Notes: generated from the sequence alone by a model not told the origin. 64,000 bases of DNA from Kiritimatiellia bacterium (GCA_045540275.1 JAZQGX010000291.1:30088-94087), one strand, 5' to 3'; counted from the first letter of the stretch, positions 31,799 through 42,119 are shown. Translations and numbers: made by a program.

Positions 31799-33108
31799 AC
31801 ACGCCCGAGCATCCTGCCGAGCGCGGAGACCGCATCGCGCAAACGGGCCGCGGCAATTACGAACAATTCCGGTCCTCCATCAAGAAGTTGCAGCGACTCC
31901 TCGCATGCGGCCAGCGCACTGCGCAGTTCGCGCTCTTGCCGTATTGACGAAAAAAGACCGTCAAACCGTTCAAGGTCCAATCCCAGCATCTGCACCATGA
32001 GATCTTTCAGCGCATCCATCCCCGCTCCGGTCATGGACGAGACGGCCAGTTCCGCTCCGTGATTCAAAAAGCCTCCGGAAGCCGCATCCAGCTTGGTGGC
32101 GACCTTCAACACCGGAGCGTCGACCTTACCCGGATCAATCCATCCGGCGTCAGGATCACTGCCATCGACAAGCGAAACGATCAAATCGGCACGTTCGATG
32201 AAATTTCGTGCCCGGCTAATCCCCTCGGCTTCGATTTCGTCATCTCCGGTGCGTATGCCGGCGGTATCGACCAGGCGAACCGCGATTCCGCGAAGCAAAA
32301 AACCCTCTTCTATCGCATCTCGCGTCGTTCCGGGTCTGGAGTTTACGATTGCGCGGTTCTGTCCAAGCAGCGCATTCATCAAGGACGACTTTCCGGCGTT
32401 CGGCGCACCGCAAAGAACTATCAGCGCCCCCTCGGTGGCAATGCGTCCCTCCCGGCACGAATGCAGTTTTTCCCGCAGCTGTTCTATCTCAGACAGAAGG
32501 CGCTTTTTATAATCTTCGGTCCACGCTTCAGGAACTTCGCTCTCGTCAAAATCCAGCGTGTGCTCGATATCGGCCTCCAATTCAACCAGCTTCCGGTATC
32601 GTTCACCGATCCATGCTCCGGTCGCGCCGTCAAGCTGCGTCCGCGCGTTTCTGGCGGCGATTGCCGATTTCGCCGAGATAAAGGAGGCGACCGCCTCGGC
32701 CTGAGTCAGATCAAGTTTGCCGTTCAAAAATGCCCGCAAGGTGAATTCGCCAGGTTCCGCCTGCCGGGCGCCGGCGGAAAGAACCGCCTCCAGCAGAAGG
32801 CGCGAAGGCTCGGCACCGCCATGCCCTTGAATCTCCGCCACATCCTCTCCGGTGTAGCTGTGCGGTGCGCGAAAGACTAGCACAATCGCATCGTCGATAG
32901 TCTCGCCGTTTGCCGGATCGACAATACCCGTATGGAAAAACGTCCCGCCCGGACGGGCCGAGGCCGGCTTTTTCCCGGAGGGGAGCAGCCGGTCTGCAAC
33001 CGCAAGCGCATCAGGGCCCGAGATGCGGACCGCGCTGATTCCGGCGGGTCCGGCCGCCGTTGATATCGCCGCTATCGTATCGCTCGCTTTGTCGTGAGAC
33101 GCGCCCAT
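31744..33108 (-). CDS. mnmE: tRNA modification GTPase MnmE (TrmE)
   Basis: TIAAISTAAG N-terminus, G1 motif GAPNAGKSSLMNAL, and a C-terminal CVGK tetrapeptide. The start is moved to ATG 33108. Confidence 0.9.
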   Translation of the reverse strand: MGASHDKASDTIAAISTAAGPAGISAVRISGPDALAVADRLLPSGKKPASARPGGTFFHTGIVDPANGETIDDAIVLVFRAPHSYTGEDVAEIQGHGGAEPSRLLLEAVLSAGARQAEPGEFTLRAFLNGKLDLTQAEAVASFISAKSAIAARNARTQLDGATGAWIGERYRKLVELEADIEHTLDFDESEVPEAWTEDYKKRLLSEIEQLREKLHSCREGRIATEGALIVLCGAPNAGKSSLMNALLGQNRAIVNSRPGTTRDAIEEGFLLRGIAVRLVDTAGIRTGDDEIEAEGISRARNFIERADLIVSLVDGSDPDAGWIDPGKVDAPVLKVATKLDAASGGFLNHGAELAVSSMTGAGMDALKDLMVQMLGLDLERFDGLFSSIRQERELRSALAACEESLQLLDGGPELFVIAAARLRDAVSALGRMLGRVYDEDVLDAVFSRFCVGK

Positions 33109-33109
33109 C

Positions 33110-34306
33110 TCAGAGCATGTGCCCCATCTTTTCTTTTTTCGTATCGAGATATTTTGCATCGAACGGATTGGCCGGGACTACAATCGGCACCCGCTCGACA
33201 ATCTCCAGCCCATAACCTTCTAGACCGGCGATTTTCCGCGGATTGTTGGTCATGAGCCGGATTTTCGACAAACCAAGATCGGAGAGAATCTGCGCACCGA
33301 TTCCATAATCGCGCAAGTCCGGAGCAAAGCCCAGCTTGATGTTGGCCTCGACCGTATCAAAGCCGCGCTCCTGCAGCTTGTACGCATGGAGCTTGTTTTC
33401 CAATCCGATGCCGCGACCCTCCTGCCGCATATAGAGAAGACACCCCCGCCCCTCTTCGGCTATCATGCGCATCGCCTGATGTAGCTGATTGCCGCAATCG
33501 CAGCGGCACGACCCAAAGACATCGCCCGTAAAACACTCGCTGTGCACGCGCACCAATGCCGGCTCGTCAATCCGCAGATCGCCCTTGGTAAGAGCAAGAT
33601 GCTCCAGCCCGTCGGGGCGCGACTTGTACATCGTCAGCTTAAAGTGTCCGTATGCCGTAGGCAGATCGACCGCTTCGACCTTATCGATAAGCCGGTCGTT
33701 GCGGCGGCGGTACGCAATCAAATCGGCGATGCTGATCAGCTTGAGTCCGTGTTTGGCGACAAAAGCGCGCATGTCATCCATGCGGGCCATCGTTCCGTCG
33801 TCATTCATGATTTCGCAGCAGAGACCACACTCCTTCAATCCGGCCAGACGCAACAGATCCACGGTAGCTTCGGTGTGCCCCGCACGCTGCAACACGCCGC
33901 CCGGGCGCGCCTTCAGCGGAAACATGTGGCCAGGACGACGGAAATCAGAGGGATTGACGCCCTCCGAAACGCACTTCAGCGCAGTTATGGAACGCTCTTC
34001 GGCGGAAACGCCGGTAGTGGTGGAGCGGTGATCGATTGAAATCGTAAAAGCAGTACCGTGATTGTCAGTGTTGTTGTCGACCATCTGCGGCAGATCCAAA
34101 CGCGAGGTGAATTCATCCGACATCGGCATGCAGATCAGCCCTTTGGCATAGGTGGCCATGAAATTCACGTTTTCGGTAGTGGCGAATTCCGCCGCGCAAA
34201 TGACATCGCCCTCGTTCTCACGATTCGCGTCATCGGTAACACAAACAATCCCACCTTGGCGAAGCACTTCAAGCGCTTCGTCGATGGTGTTGAAAAAATC
34301 ATCCAT
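33110..34306 (-). CDS. ribBA: Bifunctional 3,4-dihydroxy-2-butanone-4-phosphate synthase / GTP cyclohydrolase II
   Basis: 398 aa. It has the DHBP synthase block [10 protein letters not shown] and the GCH II zinc site [21 protein letters not shown]. Confidence 0.92.
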   Translation of the reverse strand: MDDFFNTIDEALEVLRQGGIVCVTDDANRENEGDVICAAEFATTENVNFMATYAKGLICMPMSDEFTSRLDLPQMVDNNTDNHGTAFTISIDHRSTTTGVSAEERSITALKCVSEGVNPSDFRRPGHMFPLKARPGGVLQRAGHTEATVDLLRLAGLKECGLCCEIMNDDGTMARMDDMRAFVAKHGLKLISIADLIAYRRRNDRLIDKVEAVDLPTAYGHFKLTMYKSRPDGLEHLALTKGDLRIDEPALVRVHSECFTGDVFGSCRCDCGNQLHQAMRMIAEEGRGCLLYMRQEGRGIGLENKLHAYKLQERGFDTVEANIKLGFAPDLRDYGIGAQILSDLGLSKIRLMTNNPRKIAGLEGYGLEIVERVPIVVPANPFDAKYLDTKKEKMGHML

Positions 34307-34311
34307 TGCCT

Positions 34312-35889
34312 TTACTCCGTTTCCGGGGATTCGGTTTGGGGAACCTGCGCCCCGTCATCACACTGGGAAGGAGCATTGCCATCGGCAGGTTCGCCGGGTG
34401 CTGAAACTTCTTCTTGCACCGCTTCCGCAGCAGGCGTCTCATCCGTGACGACCTCCGTCGCCACAGGAGCTTCCGCCGGCGAATTCTCCAATGAGTCGCT
34501 CTTGGCGCGAGAACGGGCGGAAACATTGAAATATGGATTTTCCGCGGGTGCGCTCAAGGTGTCGTTGTAGAAATGGACAACATGTCCCTTTTCAACCAGC
34601 CAAGAAAGCTGCAGGAGAATTTCATCGCTCTTCACCTGTCCGTCCGAAGCGAGCTTGTCGATAAGAGCCTGCCTGGTGCAACCGGGGTTATCGTTGATGA
34701 ACGCAAGGATATCATGCAGGATGGGAACCGTCTTTCCTCCGTCGAGAACCACCGGTTTTGCAAACTGCACAAACTCCGGACCGCGCGCGTCATTTACGCG
34801 GAAGATGGCCAGCGAACGGTGGCGAAACGCGCCGCGCAATGCGAAAAACAGCGAGATAGGACGATTCTTTTCGCTGTTGAACGCATGGTTGCACGAATGG
34901 AAAAGCGCACGGCTCGGGGTCTTCAGCGCCACTGGTAACGAACAGACGACATGGCGTGAATGCCCGATATTCGACGAAATTATCTCGCGAACCATTATCG
35001 ATTCCGCCGCCTCGCGGTCCATCGGCTTGCTCTCGACGCCATCGGACGCTTCTGCGGATTGCAGCTTGCGCGTGTACACCTTCTTGTGCGTGCACTGCTG
35101 GCGCCAAGCCTCGATAGCCTCGGGATCGCGGATCATTTCAATCTTTGAACGGTACTGCTCCTCACTCATCGAGGAGAATCGCGTTCTGAGCATTTCACGA
35201 ACTTTCACACCGTAGCTGTGGTGGTTGGGCGGTCCGAGATATTCACCGCTCAAACCACATTTGGCGACACAGACGAACTGTCCTTCGGGAGCGGGGCACT
35301 CGACTTCTTCCTCGGTAAAGAAATCGCAAAGATGCGCGGAAAGAATGTGATTGTGGATTTCCGCTTCGGTAAGTGCCGGCATACCGCAGACTTTGCACTG
35401 GAAGAGAGGAAGTTCCTCTCCCTTCAGCGGCTCAAGACGGAGCTGGCAGGAAGCGGGCTTGTCAAGAAACAGCGCAGCCAAATCACGCAACGGAAATGCG
35501 CAGTGCGAAGTTTGAATACGGCGCATTATCGCCCCGAGCGCCTTCTGCTCGGGAAGTACACGCACCTCCAACGGAAGGCGCGGCACAAACTCGCGGCGCG
35601 GGCGATCGCGATTAGGACGCGACGAGGGAGCCGCCGCCCCGCGATCCTTGCCATGGCGCGGCGCCTGCTTGCGGAGGTGGCGGTTGTCGCGAACGTCCCT
35701 GGCCTTGTCAGAGGATGCTCCGCGGGTCGGTCTCTCGCTGCGGCCACGATCGTCCGCCGTCGACTGCTCGCGTGAAGACTCAATGTTAACCGATGCCTCC
35801 GCACGAGCCCAGCTCGGTGCGAAATCCAACTCAAAGGAGGACATTTCCGTTGCCCCGCCTGCTTGCTTCGCTTCGTTTTCTTGATTCAT
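34312..35889 (-). CDS. Hypothetical protein (basic disordered N-terminus, C2H2-like zinc motif, acidic C-terminal tail)
   Basis: 525-aa ORF packed tightly between ribBA and a terminator. It carries [22 protein letters not shown], and I recognise no family. Confidence 0.5.
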   Translation of the reverse strand: MNQENEAKQAGGATEMSSFELDFAPSWARAEASVNIESSREQSTADDRGRSERPTRGASSDKARDVRDNRHLRKQAPRHGKDRGAAAPSSRPNRDRPRREFVPRLPLEVRVLPEQKALGAIMRRIQTSHCAFPLRDLAALFLDKPASCQLRLEPLKGEELPLFQCKVCGMPALTEAEIHNHILSAHLCDFFTEEEVECPAPEGQFVCVAKCGLSGEYLGPPNHHSYGVKVREMLRTRFSSMSEEQYRSKIEMIRDPEAIEAWRQQCTHKKVYTRKLQSAEASDGVESKPMDREAAESIMVREIISSNIGHSRHVVCSLPVALKTPSRALFHSCNHAFNSEKNRPISLFFALRGAFRHRSLAIFRVNDARGPEFVQFAKPVVLDGGKTVPILHDILAFINDNPGCTRQALIDKLASDGQVKSDEILLQLSWLVEKGHVVHFYNDTLSAPAENPYFNVSARSRAKSDSLENSPAEAPVATEVVTDETPAAEAVQEEVSAPGEPADGNAPSQCDDGAQVPQTESPETE

Positions 35890-35953
35890 AATGAGGATAT
35901 TCTACCACCTGCCGATGTCATGGTCAAACATCGTTTTAGGCATTTGCATTGGG

Positions 35954-35989
35954 AAAAAGTGACTGGCAGCACCCCGCCAGTCACTTTTT
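35954..35989 (-). terminator. Bidirectional rho-independent terminator
   Basis: A 9-bp stem GTGACTGGC/GCCAGTCAC with an 8-nt loop is flanked by A5 and T5. It lies 11 nt downstream of the oxidoreductase stop. Confidence 0.65.
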
Positions 35990-35999
35990 CGGTATGAGC

Positions 36000-37244
36000 T
36001 TACAGTTCAGGGATGGCAAGACGCTCGCCGTCTTTTACCGCCGACATGTGCGCATAGATTCCTGCGACCGTGGTATTCAGCGCAGTGTAGACATCAACGC
36101 ACGGCTGGTGGTCTTTGACCAGAATCGAACGGATGAAATCATCGGTCAAATATCCGTGAGAACCGCCGTGTCCGCCGCCGGGCATTCCCGGCGGAAGCTT
36201 GGGACGGCTGAGTGTCATCTTGCTGACCTCATCCTTGAACCAGCCCCTATAGCCGCCCTTTTCGGGGATGTAGCATCCCTTCTGGCCCCAAATGCGTCCA
36301 TCCTCGCCCGAATAGCTGGGAGTATCCCAATGGACGAGCATACGCGACGCAGACCCATCTTCGCACTGGAACATCGCATATTCACTGCCGAATGGATTGT
36401 TGTCGTAGCGGTTTTTGCTGTAACGGCCGACCATCAGCGACTTGACGCCGGTGCAGGACACCTTGACAAAACGCTTGTGGGTGACGCAGGTGTAATACCC
36501 GTTGGAGTGCGTGGGGTAATACTGCGGCGGCAATCCTTCGCGCCAGCCATTGTAGCTGCCGTGAGCGGCCTTCGCGTTGAAATTGGGCTTGGAATTGCTG
36601 GAGTGGAAGTACTCGCCTTCGGTGTAGGTGATGTTACCCAGCATTCCGGCCTCGTAAAGCTTGCGCATCGCATAGCAGGAGGCGCGGAACGCGGAGGTTT
36701 CGTTCATGTAGTATATCCTGCCGTTGCGTTTGACCGCGTCGATCAATTTGGGGACATAATCGAGCTGCTCCTTGCCGAGCAACGCGGGGACGGCACTGGC
36801 GACATGCAGACCGTGTTCAAGAGCCATGATTGCCAACTGCACGTGGCTTGCGGCATCGGTAGCGATGTATACGCAGTCGAGCTTGTCGGCGGCGGCATTC
36901 TTGATCATCTCTTCGCAGCTGTTGTAGACCTTGGTCTCTTTGTTGCCGACGCGCTTCATCAGGCGGTCGCGGTTTTTCGGGACGACATCGCAGCAGGCAG
37001 CGACCACTGCATTGGGGTGATTCTGCCAGCCAAATGCCGAGCCGAAAGAGCACACTCCCTCGCCGGCGATGCCGACACGGACCTTTTTGTCGGAGAAAGG
37101 CGTCCAGGCTTTATTGGCGGTTTTTCCATCGCCCCCGTCCTTCAGGCCCCAAATTTCTTTTTTCTGTGCTTCCACCCCTTTGGCTGTCATCGCCGCCAAC
37201 ATCGCCAGCGATCCGCCAAGAAAGCTTTTACGTGACATTTCCAT
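36000..37244 (-). CDS. Gfo/Idh/MocA family oxidoreductase with Tat-like signal
   Basis: SRKSFLGGSLAMLAAMTA signal and a Rossmann block VRVGIAGEG. The start is set at ATG 37244, 6 nt after GGAGG. Confidence 0.8.
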   Translation of the reverse strand: MEMSRKSFLGGSLAMLAAMTAKGVEAQKKEIWGLKDGGDGKTANKAWTPFSDKKVRVGIAGEGVCSFGSAFGWQNHPNAVVAACCDVVPKNRDRLMKRVGNKETKVYNSCEEMIKNAAADKLDCVYIATDAASHVQLAIMALEHGLHVASAVPALLGKEQLDYVPKLIDAVKRNGRIYYMNETSAFRASCYAMRKLYEAGMLGNITYTEGEYFHSSNSKPNFNAKAAHGSYNGWREGLPPQYYPTHSNGYYTCVTHKRFVKVSCTGVKSLMVGRYSKNRYDNNPFGSEYAMFQCEDGSASRMLVHWDTPSYSGEDGRIWGQKGCYIPEKGGYRGWFKDEVSKMTLSRPKLPPGMPGGGHGGSHGYLTDDFIRSILVKDHQPCVDVYTALNTTVAGIYAHMSAVKDGERLAIPEL

Positions 37245-37515
37245 AAACATCCTCCTTTTGTTTTCCCTGTTTAAATGCTCAAGGCACACCCTCAACCATT
37301 TTCAACCAATATACCACACCCCCTTTTTAAAAGCAAGGAACTGGCAACTATTATACGCTGGGCGATATCCTTCATCCCATTCTTGCCCTACCGAGAACCA
37401 GCGCCTTTCGCCTCGGCCACGAGGTCAAGAGTCGCCTGCCACCTGTCATTCACAAGACGGCGAAGATTGCCAAGGCGCGACGGCTCTAGCAGGAGCTCGC
37501 AGCTTGCCTGACTGA

Positions 37516-37857
37516 TTACACCCACCGTCCGTTGGTAGTCCCAGAGTTCACGGATATAGTATAAATCCGATAATCCTGCAAAGCCGTATGGATAATACCT
37601 TCCAATCCAACAACATCATCAGTCTTTATGCCTAAATGAAAGTCAAAGTTTTCGTAGACCGCCGTATTCAGCGAACCCAGGCGACTCGTAAAATCCTTCG
37701 CATTGCCGATCTTCACGGCCTTAACCATCTTACCCCTAAAAATACCCTTCGCCTTAACAAGCTTTAGGCACTCGTTCGTGACAACATATACATAGCCCGC
37801 TTTGGGCTTAAATTTAAGGTTCGTTTTCATAACCGACGTTTTCTTTGTTTTATCCAT
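37516..37857 (-). CDS. T5orf172 / MUG113 (GIY-YIG superfamily) domain protein, possibly C-terminally truncated
   Basis: AGYVYVVTNE...VKIGNAKDFTSRLGSLNT...GLEGIIHTAL core. The ATG overlaps the stop of the upstream gene (TAATG). Confidence 0.6.
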   Translation of the reverse strand: MDKTKKTSVMKTNLKFKPKAGYVYVVTNECLKLVKAKGIFRGKMVKAVKIGNAKDFTSRLGSLNTAVYENFDFHLGIKTDDVVGLEGIIHTALQDYRIYTISVNSGTTNGRWV

Positions 37858-38999
37858 TACGACTCTTCTTTCCTTACTAAATCTGCTACACCCGGCATCT
37901 TAAAGGAATGTTCACCTTTCAATAGCCCAGTATCCGATCGACTGAAAAGTGCTTGCATGACTATCTGTTTCACTTGGTCATCGCATTTCACATCCCCATC
38001 ACGTAAAAGTGCCAAAAACACATTCGTCAATTGAAAGCGTTCGCGATAGTCCCGTGAAAGGTGAAAACAACTTATTGCCAACTTGGTAAATAAATGCAGT
38101 AGATACCCAGCCATAGACGTAGCGGCTATCAAAATAAGACTCGCTCTAATTGTCGATAGACTGAGCTTATTTTCGTTTAAAATTACTATTGTATCAGTCT
38201 GAAATAATAGCCAAAGTAAGGCACCTATTGCACCCCCTCCCAACACTAATGACAAAGCTAACAATCCCCATCCCCAACCTAAATAAAACCTTGAAAGATT
38301 CTTCCAATGCTGTGCAGGTCCCTCAAGTTGCAACTTCTTTGAATAAGCTTCTTCCAAGGCCGCCATTTTATGTTCCGCTATACTTAGCTTTTTCTCAAAC
38401 TGCGATTTCCGTAGTTCATAATCTCTGTCAATCTTTTCTGCTGAATCAGTCAATTCTTCTATACGTCTCTTATAATCATTGATCTTCTCTGTAAGATCTT
38501 CCGGACACGCAAAATATTTAGCGACCCTTGCCGCCTGACACGCTAATGTTGTTGGATTTGACGTAAAAGTTACTGCCTTATATGGATAACCAAGAACCCG
38601 AATTGTTATTAAACAATATTCTAAAAAAAACTGTTGACTCAATTTTTGCTGTCTTAATTCACTTATATATCGACCAAGCCGTGACTGAGAATCGACACAT
38701 GAATTAATACCATTCGCATTAACTGCCCATTCTTGCAAAAGCTTCTTAACATCAGACAATGCGCCAGGTTCAATACGACCTTCTTTTGCTTCTTTGGTAA
38801 CATTCTCAAGTTTACTCAAAACCGTTTTATATCTATTAGCAATCGTATTTTCCACATTAGTCCATGCCGCAATCTCTTCTTGCACATGGTTTCGCAACCC
38901 GCCCAAATCCGGAAATGTCACTTCTCGCCCATCCGGCAACAGACTAAATATACTATCTTTATCTGGAATAATGTAATCTTCTGTCGGCTGTATCGCCAT
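37857..38999 (-). CDS. Hypothetical coiled-coil protein with two C-terminal transmembrane segments
   Basis: 380-aa ORF with GGGAG upstream. It has a charged heptad-like stretch (KINDYKRRIEELTDSAEKIDRDYELRKSQFEKKL) and two hydrophobic spans. I recognise no family with confidence. Confidence 0.6.
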   Translation of the reverse strand: MAIQPTEDYIIPDKDSIFSLLPDGREVTFPDLGGLRNHVQEEIAAWTNVENTIANRYKTVLSKLENVTKEAKEGRIEPGALSDVKKLLQEWAVNANGINSCVDSQSRLGRYISELRQQKLSQQFFLEYCLITIRVLGYPYKAVTFTSNPTTLACQAARVAKYFACPEDLTEKINDYKRRIEELTDSAEKIDRDYELRKSQFEKKLSIAEHKMAALEEAYSKKLQLEGPAQHWKNLSRFYLGWGWGLLALSLVLGGGAIGALLWLLFQTDTIVILNENKLSLSTIRASLILIAATSMAGYLLHLFTKLAISCFHLSRDYRERFQLTNVFLALLRDGDVKCDDQVKQIVMQALFSRSDTGLLKGEHSFKMPGVADLVRKEES

Positions 39000-39091
39000 A
39001 TTCTATACTCCCTTTTCTCTTTAAGAAAATTCTAAAACAATTGTATTACATCCATCTTTGCGTGATTTAAAATTATCAATTTAGTTGGCCT

Positions 39092-39487
39092 CTATCCTAC
39101 GAGAACAGAACGATGCCCCTGTTTCAACACCTGACTACCTTGACCATTGACAATGCACTTTCTAATAGCAGCATTACGCAATTCAAGACGACATGCCCCT
39201 TCATGATACCATGAATCTTTATACCAAACCACGTCAATTCCGCATGAATCCAACACCATGCGCATTTGTGATACCAAATCTAGATCCTCCACATGCGGAT
39301 GTGAAACAAAAATTCTTTCCCTTGTCGTTCTATCTATAAATGTCTCACAATGATCTAACAAAGGAAATTTAAATGGAAACTTTTTCCATTGAGGAAAAGA
39401 ATTGCCGTCTTTACCTGTCAAATAACGAATAGGATCCGTCAATTTGCCACGTGTGCACTTGTAATTTTTAGGAACATCAATCAGCAT
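39092..39487 (-). CDS. Hypothetical 131-aa protein
   Basis: AT-rich ORF with GAGG 7 nt upstream, on the same strand as its neighbours with 92-nt spacers on both sides. I recognise no motif. Confidence 0.45.
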   Translation of the reverse strand: MLIDVPKNYKCTRGKLTDPIRYLTGKDGNSFPQWKKFPFKFPLLDHCETFIDRTTRERIFVSHPHVEDLDLVSQMRMVLDSCGIDVVWYKDSWYHEGACRLELRNAAIRKCIVNGQGSQVLKQGHRSVLVG

Positions 39488-39579
39488 TAGCTACCTCACT
39501 TTCAAAATTTATTATTAATCATCTAACCATGACCTTGGAATCAAACAGTATTGTTTCTTATACCACCAATTACCCATAC

Positions 39580-40617
39580 TTAACCTCCAACCATGTAATC
39601 AGCGATTTCACTTTCATTGACAAAATACAAGTTACCCCTTGTCCTTGTGCATGCAACATAAAACTTATTAAGTGTTGATGCCGCGAGCATATTGAGGCGT
39701 CCTTTTTGAAACAAGCCAAATGTTTTCTTATTTAGAACAACACACACATTATCAAACGAGAGCCCCTTACATTGCCCCCAATTGGCACTTCGGCACGAAT
39801 ATTGCCTATGTTCCTTAAAAAAGAGTTTCATTATAGAGTCACTATTCATTATCCTTTGAATGTCTTCCGTGGCTGTCAGCAATGCAGGATCGTCAACATC
39901 AGTTCTGCATGAGAATGATCCTATGTCAATTCCAATCTTCTCATGTACAAAATCACAAACTACGGCAGGACATCTATAGCTTTTTGACAATGTTGACCTA
40001 TCTATCTGATAATGCTTTGCCAACGCTGTCTGATATGACATAAAATCCTTGTGCAGATTCTTATTCTTTGTACCATCTCTACTTGTATCATAAGTATGTT
40101 GAAAGAAATCCCCTGTTAGTACCACATCTACATCAGTCGATCCTAACATCTCAATAAAGTCAAAATCATATCCAGCAAAATCTTGGACTTCATCTATTAA
40201 GATTTCATCAAAAAACTTCGTCAACCGATTCTTAATCTTATCTCTGCCAACATAATTGAGAACAAAGTCAAATGCCCGTGCATGGAATACTTCGCCGCTT
40301 TGAGAGACATATCTTGAGACTCCTTTGTCAAATCTTGACAAGGGGCCTTGCGGAAATATCAATCTCGTAATAATTGGAGCTGTCGATATTTCAAATGGTT
40401 TTAATAAGAATCTAAACACAAATGAAAACCACGTAGAAATCATAATGTTGTCAGGTATGCGGCCAAACTTTCTGACTACTGCGGTGGTCAGATTCTCCGC
40501 ATTATTGTCTGTATAAGTCAATAACAGCGTACGCTTAGCCAAAGACAAGGAATCAACGAGCATTGTCGTTTTCCCTGCACCGGCAACAGCAAATATGGCT
40601 TTTTTTACATAAGCCAC
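39580..40617 (-). CDS. Compact UvrD/PcrA-like SF1 helicase (GajB-like)
   Basis: Walker A AVAGAGKTT, motif II LIDEVQDF, then SYRCP and VACTRTRGNLYF. The GTG start overlaps the OLD gene stop by 13 nt. Confidence 0.7.
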   Translation of the reverse strand: MAYVKKAIFAVAGAGKTTMLVDSLSLAKRTLLLTYTDNNAENLTTAVVRKFGRIPDNIMISTWFSFVFRFLLKPFEISTAPIITRLIFPQGPLSRFDKGVSRYVSQSGEVFHARAFDFVLNYVGRDKIKNRLTKFFDEILIDEVQDFAGYDFDFIEMLGSTDVDVVLTGDFFQHTYDTSRDGTKNKNLHKDFMSYQTALAKHYQIDRSTLSKSYRCPAVVCDFVHEKIGIDIGSFSCRTDVDDPALLTATEDIQRIMNSDSIMKLFFKEHRQYSCRSANWGQCKGLSFDNVCVVLNKKTFGLFQKGRLNMLAASTLNKFYVACTRTRGNLYFVNESEIADYMVGG

Positions 40618-42119
40618 TCTATAGCCTCCCTAATATACTGTGGAACGTTAAGTTTTACACCTGACGATAGAATCTGATACGCAGCTTCCGCTTTATGCTC
40701 TAACATGTAATCCAATGCTGATTCATGTTCATGGAAAAGCCTATCAAGAGCATCTTTATTATCATTGTACAGACACACCTCAAAAGTATATCTTTCTGCT
40801 GAAGAATCTGAGAATACCTTTCTATCATTATCCTGTAAATCAGGATACCAACACTGTGGCTTACGGTCATTATCTCGAACAGCCGCAACTTTGATATTTA
40901 ATATTTTTCCTACTTCTAAATATCGGCGGAATGACAAGTTGTTCAAAGCCATTATCCAAACGCCACCTGTATCGGAGTCTAATCCTTTTACTGTGTTAAC
41001 AAATCGATCCATTAAAATATATTCTGCCGCCCCTTCAACCAACAAAACTTTCTTTGAAAGAACAAATTGCAAAAGATTGTCATTTGGAGCTTTCATAAAG
41101 AACTCACCCGTTGCTTTGGAAAGTCCTGTTAAAGATTGAATCTTCCCATTGACAAAGAAAGTATTCTGAAGCCCCAGCCTCGAAGTAATATAACTACTAT
41201 GAGTCACAATAAATATCTGTCGATCAGCAGCTCTCTCTTTAATCTTTGAGATAAGCCGCCTTAAATTGTAATGGCTCAAATGATTTTCTGGTTCCTCAAT
41301 GGATAGAATACTAATATCATCAACGTTTTTATCCAGCGCACTATCCGTCTTGCATATACTTATTCTTCCCTCGCCCTGATTAAGCAATCTGATTCCATTC
41401 TCTTTAATATCTAAATAAGATTCCAGATCTCCCGTAACGATTACATTTTTATCGACTGCAGGTTGTGGCAAGGGAAAACTCGCGATATGTTGCCTAAAAT
41501 CATACTGCGTAGACACTCGATTATTGTCCTCAACTGCATTCTTATACGTGCGCTCAACAACATATCGCAGTGTCTTTGCCGTATTAATTGCAGTATTGTC
41601 AATATACAACGATTTACAAGGTTTTATATATCCAGAATAGCTCTCATCCGAAAAAGTTGTAAAACTTGTCTTGTAAAATTCAAATGGAAACTCAATCGCC
41701 TTTTTCTCGCGAATACACGCTAATATATCTGCTTCAAAATCTTGATTTGGAGCACATATCATCTTAATACCAAATAATGGCCGATTACGCCCGTCTAAAT
41801 ACTTTTCCCCGTTGTATCGACTTGTTTTGGGAGTGTCGGGCATCTCGAAAAACAATTCAACTCGCATAATTGGGAGGTTCTCTAATGTTGGATGCCCCAT
41901 CCACTTTAAAACCGCATTCGCATTTAGCAAATTCTCTAATCCTATGGCCGCTACTCTTGTCACACTGCCACAAAGCACCATATCAAGGGCTTGAAGTATT
42001 GAACTCTTTCCTGCTCCATTATTGCCAACAAATATATTCATCTCTTTGTTGCAACAAATAGTTTCGTCTTCAAATATCTTGAAATTAACAAGACGGATTT
42101 TTTGCAAATAAATGTCCAT
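40605..42119 (-). CDS. OLD-family ATPase/TOPRIM nuclease (GajA-like)
   Basis: LVNFKIF...GNNGAGKSSILQAL Walker A; SIEEPENHLS; TOPRIM LLVEGAAEYIL and AAVRDNDRK. The start is set at ATG 42119. Confidence 0.75.
   Translation of the reverse strand: MDIYLQKIRLVNFKIFEDETICCNKEMNIFVGNNGAGKSSILQALDMVLCGSVTRVAAIGLENLLNANAVLKWMGHPTLENLPIMRVELFFEMPDTPKTSRYNGEKYLDGRNRPLFGIKMICAPNQDFEADILACIREKKAIEFPFEFYKTSFTTFSDESYSGYIKPCKSLYIDNTAINTAKTLRYVVERTYKNAVEDNNRVSTQYDFRQHIASFPLPQPAVDKNVIVTGDLESYLDIKENGIRLLNQGEGRISICKTDSALDKNVDDISILSIEEPENHLSHYNLRRLISKIKERAADRQIFIVTHSSYITSRLGLQNTFFVNGKIQSLTGLSKATGEFFMKAPNDNLLQFVLSKKVLLVEGAAEYILMDRFVNTVKGLDSDTGGVWIMALNNLSFRRYLEVGKILNIKVAAVRDNDRKPQCWYPDLQDNDRKVFSDSSAERYTFEVCLYNDNKDALDRLFHEHESALDYMLEHKAEAAYQILSSGVKLNVPQYIREAIEWLM

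Noticed and set aside
35949-37235. 428-aa plus-strand ORF (and similar long antisense ORFs at 26408-27487, 24503-25453 and 16796-17584)
   Set aside because: Each lies fully inside a well-supported minus-strand gene and has a low-complexity, Arg-rich translation. None has ribosome-binding-site support.
37440-37455. Possible att-like direct repeat (cacctgtcattcac versus aacctgtcgtcattccc at 47540-47556) flanking the island
   Set aside because: The match is short, gapped and imperfect, and the right copy lies inside the guaA C-terminal coding stub. It is not distinguishable from chance by eye.
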